A stretch of 64,000 nucleotides of DNA from the NCBI GenBank assembly GCA_965213675.1, contig OZ243916.1, positions 1,984,001 to 2,048,000 on the forward strand, written 5' to 3'. Below, piece after piece: positions 40,566-50,274 of the stretch. Within the stretch, counting starts at the first letter, position 1; each line of letters begins with the position of its first letter. Under the pieces are notes generated by a model. It made no database searches. It saw only the letters and a list, made by a program, of their open reading frames with translations, and was not told where the DNA came from. The translations under genes and the position numbers were made by a program. This stretch comes from an uncultured Candidatus Binatia bacterium (GTDB lineage Bacteria; Desulfobacterota; Binatia; UBA9968; JAJDTQ01).

Positions 40566-42002
40566 ATGCAAATTGGTATCATCGATTCGCTGGCTGTGTA
40601 CTGGGAGCGGCGCATGGCGCGCATCTTCCTGCTGGGCATCATCAGCGGGTTCCCTTGGGTGCTCATCGGCAGCAGCCTCACCCTGTGGCTCAAAGAAGAC
40701 GGCCTGAGCCGCACCACCATCGGTTTCGCCGGGCTCATCTTCGGAGTCTACGCCGTCAACTTTCTCTGGGCGCCTCTCATCGACCGCATCCGCATCCCCT
40801 GGCTCACCGGCAAGCTCGGCCACCGGCGCGCCTGGATCCTGACGTTGCAGGCCGTCATCGCGGCATCTCTCGTGCTCTGGAGCTTCGCCGACCCCAGCGC
40901 CAACCTGGCTTGGGTTGTGGGCTTGGGCCTCGCCATCGCCATCGCCTCCGCCACCCAGGACATCGCCGTGGACGCGCTGCGCATCGAGCAGGTGGGCACG
41001 TCGGAAGGCGAAACCATGGCCGCGGGCGCCGCCGTCGCGGTGGTGGGCTGGTGGACCGGCTACAAGCTCGGCGGCATCATCGCGCTGGAAAGCGCCACCC
41101 GGTTCCAGAACGCGGGGGTGGAGGACTACTGGCAGGCTACCTTCCTGGTGCTGGGCGCGGTGGTCGTCCTCACCAACATCGGCCTGCTGTTCGTGCACGA
41201 ACAAGGCACGGCGGAGCGCATCGCGTCCCAGACCGCGGACGACAACCGCATCGCATCCACTCTCGGGGCGTCCGGCCCGTTGGGCCGCGCCGCGGCGTGG
41301 CTTGGCGGCACCGTGGTGAGCCCGCTCACGAGCTTCTTCCGGCGCAACGGCTTTGCCATCGCCCTCACCGTCCTCGGCTTCATCTTCCTGTTCAAGATCG
41401 GCGAGGCTTTCATGGGGCGCATGTCGATCCTCTTCTACCGGGAGATCGGCTTCTCCAAGTCCGAGATTGCGCTGTATTCCAAGGGGCTCGGGTGGGTCAC
41501 CACGGTGGGCTTCACCGTGCTGGGCGGGTTCTTCGCCATCCGCATGGGCCTCATCAAGGCCATGTTCCTGTCCGGCATCGCCATGGCCGCCACCAACCTT
41601 CTCTTCGCCCTGCTGTTCTGGGTGGGGAAGTCCGAGGCCCTGTTCGCCGCCGCCGTGGTGGTGGACGACCTCACCAGCGCCTTCGCCACCGTCACCTTCG
41701 TGGCCTTCATCTCCATGCTGGTGGACCGCACCTACACCGCCACCCAGTACGCCCTGATGGCCTCCATCGGAACCGCCGGCCGGACCATCCTGGCCGGCTC
41801 CTCCGGCGCCTTGGTGGACTGGCTGGAAGGCGACTGGGCCACCTTCTTCATCATCACCACGCTGATGGTGATCCCGTCCCTGATCTGCCTGTGGGCCATC
41901 CGCGGCAAGCTCCGGGAAATGCTGGCGGGAGCGCAGATGAGGCTATCGGGACGGCACGTGGAGCAGCATGAGGAGAAGTACGGACCGGGAGCGCTGAAGT
42001 AG
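40566..42002 (+). CDS. ampG: AmpG family muropeptide MFS permease
   Basis: LGIISGFP, FLWAPLID, SATQDIAVDA, TATQYAL; an alternative GTG start lies at 40539. Confidence 0.9.
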   Translation: MQIGIIDSLAVYWERRMARIFLLGIISGFPWVLIGSSLTLWLKEDGLSRTTIGFAGLIFGVYAVNFLWAPLIDRIRIPWLTGKLGHRRAWILTLQAVIAASLVLWSFADPSANLAWVVGLGLAIAIASATQDIAVDALRIEQVGTSEGETMAAGAAVAVVGWWTGYKLGGIIALESATRFQNAGVEDYWQATFLVLGAVVVLTNIGLLFVHEQGTAERIASQTADDNRIASTLGASGPLGRAAAWLGGTVVSPLTSFFRRNGFAIALTVLGFIFLFKIGEAFMGRMSILFYREIGFSKSEIALYSKGLGWVTTVGFTVLGGFFAIRMGLIKAMFLSGIAMAATNLLFALLFWVGKSEALFAAAVVVDDLTSAFATVTFVAFISMLVDRTYTATQYALMASIGTAGRTILAGSSGALVDWLEGDWATFFIITTLMVIPSLICLWAIRGKLREMLAGAQMRLSGRHVEQHEEKYGPGALK

Positions 42003-42032
42003 AATGGCGCCCCGGCGCCGGACGGATGGGGG

Positions 42033-43889
42033 CTATCCGGCGGCCTGGAGAGGATCCTCGTTGTGGCGGGCGTGAAATTTCCGTTGGTTGGGGTCGAGGT
42101 GGCGTTTCCGTAGCCGGAGATGGCGCGGCGTGACCTCGATCAGTTCGTCGTGGCGGATGAACTCGATGGCCTGCTCCAGCGACATGCGCACCGGCGGAAC
42201 GATCTTCTCGATGCCCTTGAGGACGGAGGCGCGCATGTTCGTCAGCTTCCGCTCCTTGGTGATGTTCACGTCCAGGTCCTTGTCGCGGTGGCTCTGTCCC
42301 ACCAGCATGCCGCCGTACACCGGCTCGGTGGGGCCGACGAACAGCTCGCCCCGCTCCTGAAGGTTGAACATCGCGTAACCGCTGACACGGCCCCCGCGGT
42401 CGGCCACCAGAGCGCCGGTGGAACGATGGACGATGTCGCCGGCCCACGGGCGGTATCCGATGAACATGTGCGTCAGGGTTCCGGTGCCCTTGGTGTCGGT
42501 GAGAAACTCGGTCCGGTATCCGATCAACCCGCGACTGGGCGCCTCGATCTCCAGGCGAATCCTTCCGGAACCGCGGTCCGCCATTTTGACCAGCACGCCC
42601 CTGCGCGCGCCGAGCTTCTGGACCACCACTCCCTGGTATTCTTCCTCGGTCTCGACGAGAGCCAGCTCGTAGGGTTCGTGGACCACACCGCCGGCGGTGC
42701 GGGTCAGCACCCGCGGCATGCCCACCGAGAACTCGTACCCCTCGCGACGCATCTGCTCGATCAGCACCGCGAGTTGCAGTTCTCCGCGGCCGTAAACCAG
42801 GAACCCGTCGGACGATTCGATGGACTCCACCCGGATGGCGAGGTTGTGCCCGGCCTCCTTGAGCAGGCGCGCGCGGAGGTGGCGCGAGGTAAGGTAGCGG
42901 CCGTCCTTGCCGCTGAACGGGGAATCGTTGATGGAGAATTCCATGGACAGCGTGGGTTCCTCCACGGCGAGGGCCGGCAGCGGCTTGGGATCGTCGCCGC
43001 CGGCGATGCTTTCGCCCAGCCCGATGCCGCTCAGGCCCGCCAGCGCGACGATCTCTCCGGGACCGGCCGATGGCACCGGCCGGCGCCCGAGCCCCTCGTA
43101 GATGAACAGCTCCGCCACCGCGGCCGCGGTCTGCGACCCGTCGCGGCGGCACAGGGTCACCGCCTGCCGGTTCCGCACGGTGCCGGCCACCACGCGACCG
43201 ATGGCCAGCGGTCCCAGGTATTCGTCGGGTGTGACGTGGGTCACCAGAATCTGCAGCGGGTGGGCCGGGTTTCCCGCGGGCGGCGGAATGTGCTCGACAA
43301 TGGCCTGGAACAACGGCCGCAGATCGGTCAGCTCGCCGCCCGGCAACACGGTGCACCGGCCCTGCCGGGCCACCGCGTAGATGACCGGGAACTCGATCTG
43401 TTCCTCGGTGGCGCCCAGGTCGATGAACAGGTCGTAGATTTCGTTCAGCACTTCGGCCGGGCGCGCGTCCTGACGGTCGATCTTGTTGATGACCACGATG
43501 GGCGGCAGTCCCAGCTCCAGCGCCTTGGCCAGCACCGCGCGGGTCTGGGGCATGGGCCCTTCGGCGGCGTCCACGAGCAGCATGACGCCATCCACCATGC
43601 GCAGCGTGCGCTCCACCTCGCCCCCGAAATCCACGTGTCCGGGCGTGTCGGCGATGTGAATCTTGACGCCGTCGCAGGTCACGGAGGCGTTTTTCGCCAT
43701 GATGGTAATGCCCTTTTCGCGCTCCAGGTCCATGGAGTCCAGCACCCGTTCGCGCACATCCTGATTCTCGCGGAAGGTTCCGCTCTGCCACAGCATGGCG
43801 TCCACCAGCGTGGTCTTGCCGTGGTCCACGTGGGCGATGATCGCGATGTTGCGAAGATTCACCGCCTCGCGGCAAGCGACGAGTTCCAT
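42033..43889 (-). CDS. typA: translational GTPase TypA/BipA
   Basis: [32 protein letters not shown]. Confidence 0.96.
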   Translation of the reverse strand: MELVACREAVNLRNIAIIAHVDHGKTTLVDAMLWQSGTFRENQDVRERVLDSMDLEREKGITIMAKNASVTCDGVKIHIADTPGHVDFGGEVERTLRMVDGVMLLVDAAEGPMPQTRAVLAKALELGLPPIVVINKIDRQDARPAEVLNEIYDLFIDLGATEEQIEFPVIYAVARQGRCTVLPGGELTDLRPLFQAIVEHIPPPAGNPAHPLQILVTHVTPDEYLGPLAIGRVVAGTVRNRQAVTLCRRDGSQTAAAVAELFIYEGLGRRPVPSAGPGEIVALAGLSGIGLGESIAGGDDPKPLPALAVEEPTLSMEFSINDSPFSGKDGRYLTSRHLRARLLKEAGHNLAIRVESIESSDGFLVYGRGELQLAVLIEQMRREGYEFSVGMPRVLTRTAGGVVHEPYELALVETEEEYQGVVVQKLGARRGVLVKMADRGSGRIRLEIEAPSRGLIGYRTEFLTDTKGTGTLTHMFIGYRPWAGDIVHRSTGALVADRGGRVSGYAMFNLQERGELFVGPTEPVYGGMLVGQSHRDKDLDVNITKERKLTNMRASVLKGIEKIVPPVRMSLEQAIEFIRHDELIEVTPRHLRLRKRHLDPNQRKFHARHNEDPLQAAG

Positions 43890-44013
43890 CAGTCACTCCT
43901 GTTCACCCGCTTCGGGCCGCCCCGCGGTGCGAGCGGATGCCAATGCGGTTAGGGTCGGTTCGTGGGCGCCCTGGAAATGGCCGGAAGATCCGGACGGTTT
44001 CCGGCTTGGAGGT

Positions 44014-44045
44014 GCTTCAACGACAGCTTCAACAGAGGCTTCAAC
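44014..44045. repeat. GCTTCAAC x3 with a 12-bp period
   Basis: Copies at 44014, 44026 and 44038, upstream of typA. Confidence 0.6.
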
Positions 44046-44144
44046 GGCTTGGGATGCCGCCGGGGATACTCTAGCAGTTTTGTCATGCGGTGCCGAACCC
44101 GCGAACCACGGAGCGAAGCATCGGGTGTTCTCAAACCGGTGTTC

Positions 44145-44756
44145 TCAGATCGCAAGGACCCCGATGTCGCGCAGGGATCGGATGGCTCGCGCCGCCTTTG
44201 CCGCGGCATCGACGAGGTCCTGTTTCGGCGTCTCGAACCACTCTTCCGCAGGCAGTCCGCGCTTCTCCCTCACCAGGGCGATGGCGTTCCTGAGCTCGGG
44301 GTAACGGGTCGGATCCTGCAGGTGGAGATAGAGAGCCGCCAGAGCCACCGAACGACTGCGCCCCTCGCGGCAGTGGACGAGCACGTTGCCCCACACCTGT
44401 GGGGGGTAGCTCTCCTTGTGCGGCAGGGTCTGATGCAACGCGCCGTGGAGAATGCAGTACCCACCGAGCATCATGCCGGGAGGATTCTCGCCGTCCACCA
44501 GCCCCAGCTTGAAGACCCGAAACGGCGCGAATCCCGCGCGGCACACGGCGTTCGATTCGCCGTCCTCGCCGCCGTCGCCCGGCGCGGCGACGTAGTTCAC
44601 GTCCACGTTGACCGCGGTGTTGACGACGGTCGAAATGCCATGCCGCCGCAACAGCTCGATGTCACGCGCCGCAGCGGTTCCGCCGATGAAAAGATCGGCG
44701 CCGTGGGGGTCGAGGCCCCGGGCGATCAAACTGAGCGAAGGAAGGGGAATGGCCAT
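44145..44756 (-). CDS. dual-specificity/PTP-family phosphatase
   Basis: CX5R motif VHCREGRSRS, GLVDG; start estimated. Confidence 0.85.
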   Translation of the reverse strand: MAIPLPSLSLIARGLDPHGADLFIGGTAAARDIELLRRHGISTVVNTAVNVDVNYVAAPGDGGEDGESNAVCRAGFAPFRVFKLGLVDGENPPGMMLGGYCILHGALHQTLPHKESYPPQVWGNVLVHCREGRSRSVALAALYLHLQDPTRYPELRNAIALVREKRGLPAEEWFETPKQDLVDAAAKAARAIRSLRDIGVLAI

Positions 44757-44835
44757 GCTTGGTGCTTCCACGATCTCGCGCCGCCCCTGCAGCGCGACTC
44801 CGGTCAACGAGACTCCAGTGTATCGCCTTGCGTCC

Positions 44836-44877
44836 GTCACACGAACCGGAGTAATAGTCACACGAATCGGAGTAATA
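44836..44877. promoter_or_regulatory. tandem 21-bp direct repeat, putative operator
   Basis: GTCACACGAA(C/T)CGGAGTAATA x2 between divergent genes. Confidence 0.6.
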
Positions 44878-44971
44878 ATAAGGCCCGGTCACAGCGTATG
44901 AAGTCGCGCAACCCACATTGACAAATCAAATCCACTACAAACCAAGTCAACTCACCCGATGGGAGAATAAC

Positions 44972-46216
44972 ATGAAACACCTCGTCACGCGTCTGCCGGC
45001 AGTGCTCATGGCCGCCCTGTTCGCCCTATCCTTCCTCACCGCAGCCAGCGCCGCCTCCAAGCCGCCGCCCGAGATGGAGGCTTGGCTCAAGGCGGCCAAG
45101 CTCGGCCCCTACGACAAGAACGAAAACTGGGACGAGATCGTCGCCAAGGCGAAAGCCGAAGGCGAGGTCGTGGTCTACACGTCCTCCGGTCGCATCTCCA
45201 AGCTGGTAAAGCCGTTTGCCGCGCTTCATCCGGAGATCAAGGTGACCGTGCACGATCTGGGGTCCGTCAAGTCCGTCGAAAAGACTATTCGCGAGCAGGA
45301 GGCGAACATCTTCAACGCCGACATCGTGACCACCGGCAACTCGGGTCAGGTGATCTACGAGATGCTCAACAAGAACCGCCTCGTCAACTACGTGCCGCAT
45401 CACTACAGGGACCGGATTCCCGAGGAGAACCGGGATCCGCTGCTGATCCGCGTCAACGAGGCCATGGTGTTTCTCTACAACGCGGAAGCCTACCCCGATG
45501 CGCCGCCCGTCAAGAACGTCTGGGAGCTGACCGAGCCCCGGTTCAAGGGCCGGGTGGGCATGAAGAACCCGCTGTCGTCCGGCTCCACACTGATGGGCGT
45601 CATGACGCTGATGCAGCGTCCCGATGTCATGGCGGCCGCCTACCAGCGCTACGCCGGCAAGCCCATCGAGTTGAGCGAGGGGGTGCCGGACGCGGGCCAC
45701 GAGTTCTGGGCGCGGATGCTCGCCAATGACCTGGTCATCTTCAAGTCGGGCTCGAAACTCGCCCGCGCCTCGGGCAATAAGGGTCAGAAGAGGCCCCTGA
45801 TCGCGTTCGCCAACATGACCTATATCGCGCGCAACGATTCCAAGGGCTATGTCAACAAGATCCTGGCCAAGGTGGATCCGGTGGGCAAGCTGGTCTACCC
45901 GACCTTTACCGCCATCGCGCGCCAGGCGCCGCACCCCAACGCGGCCAAGCTGTTTACCGCCTACCTCTTGGGCAGCCTCGAGCTGAGCAAGGATTCGAAG
46001 CTCTCGAAGCCCTACGACAAGGGCGCCAGCATGGCCCTGTTGCAGGGTCTGGCTCCCTATTTCGACCCGGGTACGGTGAGCCCGCGGAGTGACGTGCCGC
46101 TGCCGGCGGGCGGCGAGATCTGGGACGACATGGAGGGCTGGAACGTGGACGCCGCGTACATGTGGAAGCGGGGACCCAAGGTCCGGGACTTCTGGACGGT
46201 GCACTCGAGCAAATAG
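44972..46216 (+). CDS. ABC substrate-binding protein (AfuA/FbpA-like)
   Basis: Signal peptide, AKAEGEVVVY, APHPNAAKLF. Confidence 0.85.
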   Translation: MKHLVTRLPAVLMAALFALSFLTAASAASKPPPEMEAWLKAAKLGPYDKNENWDEIVAKAKAEGEVVVYTSSGRISKLVKPFAALHPEIKVTVHDLGSVKSVEKTIREQEANIFNADIVTTGNSGQVIYEMLNKNRLVNYVPHHYRDRIPEENRDPLLIRVNEAMVFLYNAEAYPDAPPVKNVWELTEPRFKGRVGMKNPLSSGSTLMGVMTLMQRPDVMAAAYQRYAGKPIELSEGVPDAGHEFWARMLANDLVIFKSGSKLARASGNKGQKRPLIAFANMTYIARNDSKGYVNKILAKVDPVGKLVYPTFTAIARQAPHPNAAKLFTAYLLGSLELSKDSKLSKPYDKGASMALLQGLAPYFDPGTVSPRSDVPLPAGGEIWDDMEGWNVDAAYMWKRGPKVRDFWTVHSSK

Positions 46217-46222
46217 TCACGC

Positions 46223-47332
46223 ATGGAGGAGATCCATCTCACAGGGATCCGGAAGTCGTACGGCAAGGAAGTCGCCGTGCGGCATCTGGACCTGACCGTC
46301 GAGCCGGGTGTTTTCCTGACCATTCTGGGACCATCGGGTTGCGGCAAGACGACGACGTTGCGCGTGATCGCCGGACTGGAGGAACCCGAAGCGGGTGAGA
46401 TCCGGTTCGGCGACAGGCTCATCTTTTCTCGCCAGAAGGGCGTGATCGTTCCCCCCGAGAGCCGCAACCTCGGGCTCATCTTCCAGAGCTACGCGCTCTG
46501 GCCCCACATGACGGTGGAGCGGAACATCACGCTCGGCCTGAAACAACTGGGCCTGAGCGTGGGCGAGACCGCCGAGCGCCTCGAGGCCGCCCTCGACAAG
46601 GTGCAGATGAAGCCATACCAGCTTCGCTACCCGTCGGAGCTGTCCGGCGGGCAGCAACAGCGCGTGGCTCTGGCGCGCATGATCGCCTCACGCTCGTCCA
46701 TCCTGCTCATGGACGAACCCCTGTCCAACCTCGACGCCAAGCTGCGTACGGAAATGCGCGGTGAACTCAAGCGGCTGCACCGTGACCTCAACGCCACCAC
46801 CGTTTACGTGACCCACGATCAGATCGAGGCCCTGACGCTCTCCGACATCATCGTTGTCATGGACAAGGGTGTGGTCAAGCAACAGGGCACGCCCTACGAG
46901 ATCTATCACCATCCCGCGAACCTGTTCGTCGCCGACTTCATCGGCGATCCCGGGATCAACCGGCTGGCCGGCAAAATCAACTGGAGGGACGGCGCGGCGG
47001 GCCTCGATTGCGGCGATCTATGGTTGCCGATCCCCGGCGACCCGCCTGCGAACGCGCAGGACCTCGTCGCCACCATTCGCCCCGAAAGCATCCATGTATC
47101 GACCGAAGCCAGGGAGGACTGGCTGAGGGTAACGCTGGAATCGGTTCAGCCGAAGGGTGCCGACACGATCCTGCAAGCCCGGACCGACAACCGTTCCATC
47201 ACCCTCCTGCAACCGGGCTTCATACGGATGGACCTCGGCGACCCCCTGTGGATCGACTTCGACGCGCAATCGATGAATTTCTTCGACGTCGCATCGGAGA
47301 ACAATCTGTTCAATCAAAGCCAGCCCGCGTGA
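46223..47332 (+). CDS. ABC ATP-binding protein
   Basis: GPSGCGKTT, LSGGQQQR, DEPLSNLD. Confidence 0.93.
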   Translation: MEEIHLTGIRKSYGKEVAVRHLDLTVEPGVFLTILGPSGCGKTTTLRVIAGLEEPEAGEIRFGDRLIFSRQKGVIVPPESRNLGLIFQSYALWPHMTVERNITLGLKQLGLSVGETAERLEAALDKVQMKPYQLRYPSELSGGQQQRVALARMIASRSSILLMDEPLSNLDAKLRTEMRGELKRLHRDLNATTVYVTHDQIEALTLSDIIVVMDKGVVKQQGTPYEIYHHPANLFVADFIGDPGINRLAGKINWRDGAAGLDCGDLWLPIPGDPPANAQDLVATIRPESIHVSTEAREDWLRVTLESVQPKGADTILQARTDNRSITLLQPGFIRMDLGDPLWIDFDAQSMNFFDVASENNLFNQSQPA

Positions 47333-47358
47333 GCGGAAGAAAACGGAAGTCCTGACCC

Positions 47359-49203
47359 ATGTCATTGGATACGGCCTCTTCCGGTAGCCAGCCTCCGCTC
47401 CTTTCACGGAGCAATCTCACCTATCACCTCTATCGGCTGCTGAACCAGCCCGAGAAGATCCTGGGCCTCCTGTGCCTCGCCGTCCTGTCCGTGCTGGTGT
47501 TGGGGCCGCTTTTCGAAATCATCCACGACGCGCTGGTCTACCAGAGCTACGACCTCGCCTACAGGCCGGAGGCCAAGGTCGGCTCCTTCACCCTGTTCCA
47601 CCTCGAACGGGTCTTCACCGGGCCGCTCTCCAAGGCGCTATTCCTGAAGCCGCTGTTCAACAGCGTCGCCGTCGGCGTCTGTGTGACCATTCTGGGCGTC
47701 AGCATCGGAAGCGGCCTGGCGTGGCTGATGGTGCGCACCAACATCCGCTTCAAGGGTGTGTTCGGAGCGCTCGTGGTGGTGCCGTACATGATGCCGTCAT
47801 GGGTGCTGGCGCTGGCGTGGCTGAGTCTTTTCAAGAACGACCGGATCGGCGGCGCCGAGGGCATGTTCACCAGTTTTTTCGGCGTGCAGCCGCCCGACTG
47901 GGTGAGCTACGGCTTCTTTCCCATCGTCATCTGCCTGGCGCTGCACTACTACGCCTACGGCTTTCTGCTGATGTCGGGCGCTCTGGCGACGGTGGACTCG
48001 GAGCTGGAAGAGGCGGGCGCCATCGCCGGCATGAACCGGCGCCAACGGCTGTGGCGGATCACGTTTCCCCTGCTGCTGCCCGCGCTCGGTTCCGCCGTGG
48101 TGCTCACCTTCATCCGCATTCTCGGCACCTTCGGGACGCCCGCGCTGCTGGGGCTGCCGGTCCGCTTCTTTACTTTTTCGACCCAGATCTATGCTTCACT
48201 GAACGCCCGCAACAGCGGCGACGCTTTCGTCCTCGCCCTGGTGCTGATCGTCATGGCGATCACGTTCATCTGGATCAACAGCCGGGTGATCGGCATCCGG
48301 AGGAGCTTCGTGACCCTCACCGGCAAGGGCTTCCGGCAACGCGAGATCAAACTCGGGCTTTGGCAATGGCCGGCCACCATCGGGGTCGCCGCGTTTCTTG
48401 CCGTGACGGTCGTGCTCCCCTTGCTGATCCTGCTTTGGGAATCCCTGGTCATCACGCCGGGCGACTATTCCCTGAGCGGCCTGACGACTCACTTCTGGAT
48501 CGGCGAGAGCCACACCGACTTCGCCTATGGCGAACCCGGCATCATCCACTCCCCCGGCATCCTGACGGCGTTGGGGAACAGCATCAAGCTGGGCGTGCTG
48601 GCGGCGGTGTGCAACGGCCTGCTCGGGTTGCTGGTGGGCTACGCGGCGGTACGCGGCCGCGGCACCCTGTTGGCGCGCTGGCTCGAGGGCGTTGCCTTTG
48701 CGCCCTACATCTTCCCCTCCATCGCCCTCGGCGCCATCTACATCGGCATGTTCTCGACTCCCTGGGGACCGTTGCCGGCGCTGTACGGCACATTCACGAT
48801 CCTGGTCCTGATCACGGTGGTCAAGAACCTGCCTTTCACTTCGCGCACCGGCATCGCCGCCATACTGCAAATCGACAAATCCCTGGAGGAAACCGCGCGG
48901 GTCCAGGGGATCGGCTGGTTCCGGCGCATGGCCAGGATCATCATACCCATGTCCTCGAGCGGCGTCATCGCGGGCATGTTGCTGACCTTCATCACCGCCA
49001 CCCGTGAACTGTCCCTGATCATCCTGCTGCTGTCGCCGGCCAACATGGTGCTCACCGGAGTGATCTTCAACTACAACGAACAGGACATGACCCAACACTC
49101 CGGCGCCGTGACCCTTTTCCTGGTGATGATCATCGTCGGCGCCAACGTACTGGTGCGCCTGCTCACCGGAGGCGGCGGGCTGGCGGGGCTGCGGCACACC
49201 TGA
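47359..49203 (+). CDS. ABC permease (fused, FbpB/AfuB-like)
   Basis: Two EAA motifs (ELEEAG, SLEETA). Confidence 0.9.
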   Translation: MSLDTASSGSQPPLLSRSNLTYHLYRLLNQPEKILGLLCLAVLSVLVLGPLFEIIHDALVYQSYDLAYRPEAKVGSFTLFHLERVFTGPLSKALFLKPLFNSVAVGVCVTILGVSIGSGLAWLMVRTNIRFKGVFGALVVVPYMMPSWVLALAWLSLFKNDRIGGAEGMFTSFFGVQPPDWVSYGFFPIVICLALHYYAYGFLLMSGALATVDSELEEAGAIAGMNRRQRLWRITFPLLLPALGSAVVLTFIRILGTFGTPALLGLPVRFFTFSTQIYASLNARNSGDAFVLALVLIVMAITFIWINSRVIGIRRSFVTLTGKGFRQREIKLGLWQWPATIGVAAFLAVTVVLPLLILLWESLVITPGDYSLSGLTTHFWIGESHTDFAYGEPGIIHSPGILTALGNSIKLGVLAAVCNGLLGLLVGYAAVRGRGTLLARWLEGVAFAPYIFPSIALGAIYIGMFSTPWGPLPALYGTFTILVLITVVKNLPFTSRTGIAAILQIDKSLEETARVQGIGWFRRMARIIIPMSSSGVIAGMLLTFITATRELSLIILLLSPANMVLTGVIFNYNEQDMTQHSGAVTLFLVMIIVGANVLVRLLTGGGGLAGLRHT

Positions 49204-49213
49204 CGGAACCTCG

Positions 49214-50146
49214 ATGGCAACGACCATCAGGATCGCCGTAACCATGACCCTACGCGCCGGCGAGGCCTTCGAGATCGCCCTGGGACTCGCGGAGAGGAAC
49301 CTGCCCGACGGGTCGGAGATCGTCGTCTCGTACGGCGTCGGCAACAGCCGCCTCGGAGGGTTCGAGGCGCCGAGGCTGCTGGCGGAGGGAAAGGCGGACC
49401 TGGCATTCCTCAACCCTTCGCCGGTGACCCACATGGCGTTGAACGGGCTGGCGCCCTATTCGGAGAAGATCAACATCCGGAATCTCGCCGTCTTCCCCTC
49501 CTGGGACAAGATCGCCTTCGCGGTCAGGAAGGACCTCGGTGTGGGCTCTCTGGAGGAGATCGGCGAGAAGAAACTGCCGCTCAGGCTGTCGACCCGGGGA
49601 CAGGGCCCTGAAGGAACCACGGAGTTCATCATCCGGCGGATCCTGAGTCTTTGCGGCTGGAACCTGGAGGACGTGGAGCCATGGGGCGGCACCGTGGACC
49701 AGGTGCCGGTCCCATCGCACCCACGGCGCATGGAGGGCATCGAGCAGGGCGCCTACGACGCCGTGTTCGACGAAGGCATCACAGGCTGGACCGCCGAGGC
49801 CCTGGCCCGGGACATGGTCCTCGTGCCGTTGCAGCCGGCGGTCTTCGCCGAAATGGAGCAAAAGGGTTTTCGTAGATCGACCATTCCCAAGTCCGCGTTC
49901 CCGGCGCTGGACGCGGACGTGCCCGCCCTGGAGTTCGGCGGCTGGCCGCTCTTCTGCCGCGCCGACTTTCCCGACGACCTCGCCTACGCGGTGGTCAAGG
50001 CCATCGCCGCCAGAAAAGACACCATGCCGGTGGACGGCGACCGGTTCGACATGAGCCGGATTTGCCGGGACACGGAAGAGGGGCCGATGTGCATACCGCT
50101 GCATCCGGGTGCGGAGCGGTACTATCGGGAAGCGGGGTATTTGTAG
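49214..50146 (+). CDS. TAXI-family solute receptor-like protein
   Basis: GKADLAFLNP, PDDLAYAVVKA, IPLHPGAERYYREAG. Confidence 0.75.
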   Translation: MATTIRIAVTMTLRAGEAFEIALGLAERNLPDGSEIVVSYGVGNSRLGGFEAPRLLAEGKADLAFLNPSPVTHMALNGLAPYSEKINIRNLAVFPSWDKIAFAVRKDLGVGSLEEIGEKKLPLRLSTRGQGPEGTTEFIIRRILSLCGWNLEDVEPWGGTVDQVPVPSHPRRMEGIEQGAYDAVFDEGITGWTAEALARDMVLVPLQPAVFAEMEQKGFRRSTIPKSAFPALDADVPALEFGGWPLFCRADFPDDLAYAVVKAIAARKDTMPVDGDRFDMSRICRDTEEGPMCIPLHPGAERYYREAGYL

Positions 50147-50161
50147 GGTGCGGCGGATAAC

Positions 50162-50224
50162 TTGCGCGTACGATTCTCTACGCGCAACTTGCCAGTCCTA
50201 TGCGCAAGCAATTGTTGCGCATAG
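50162..50224. repeat. paired TGCGC(G/A)TA inverted repeats
   Basis: TTGCGCGTA-N8-TACGCGCAA and CTATGCGCAA-N7-TTGCGCATAG. Confidence 0.65.
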
Positions 50225-50274
50225 AAGACCTGAGTTGCGTCTAATACACCCGCTCCTCCACGTCGCCTCATCGT

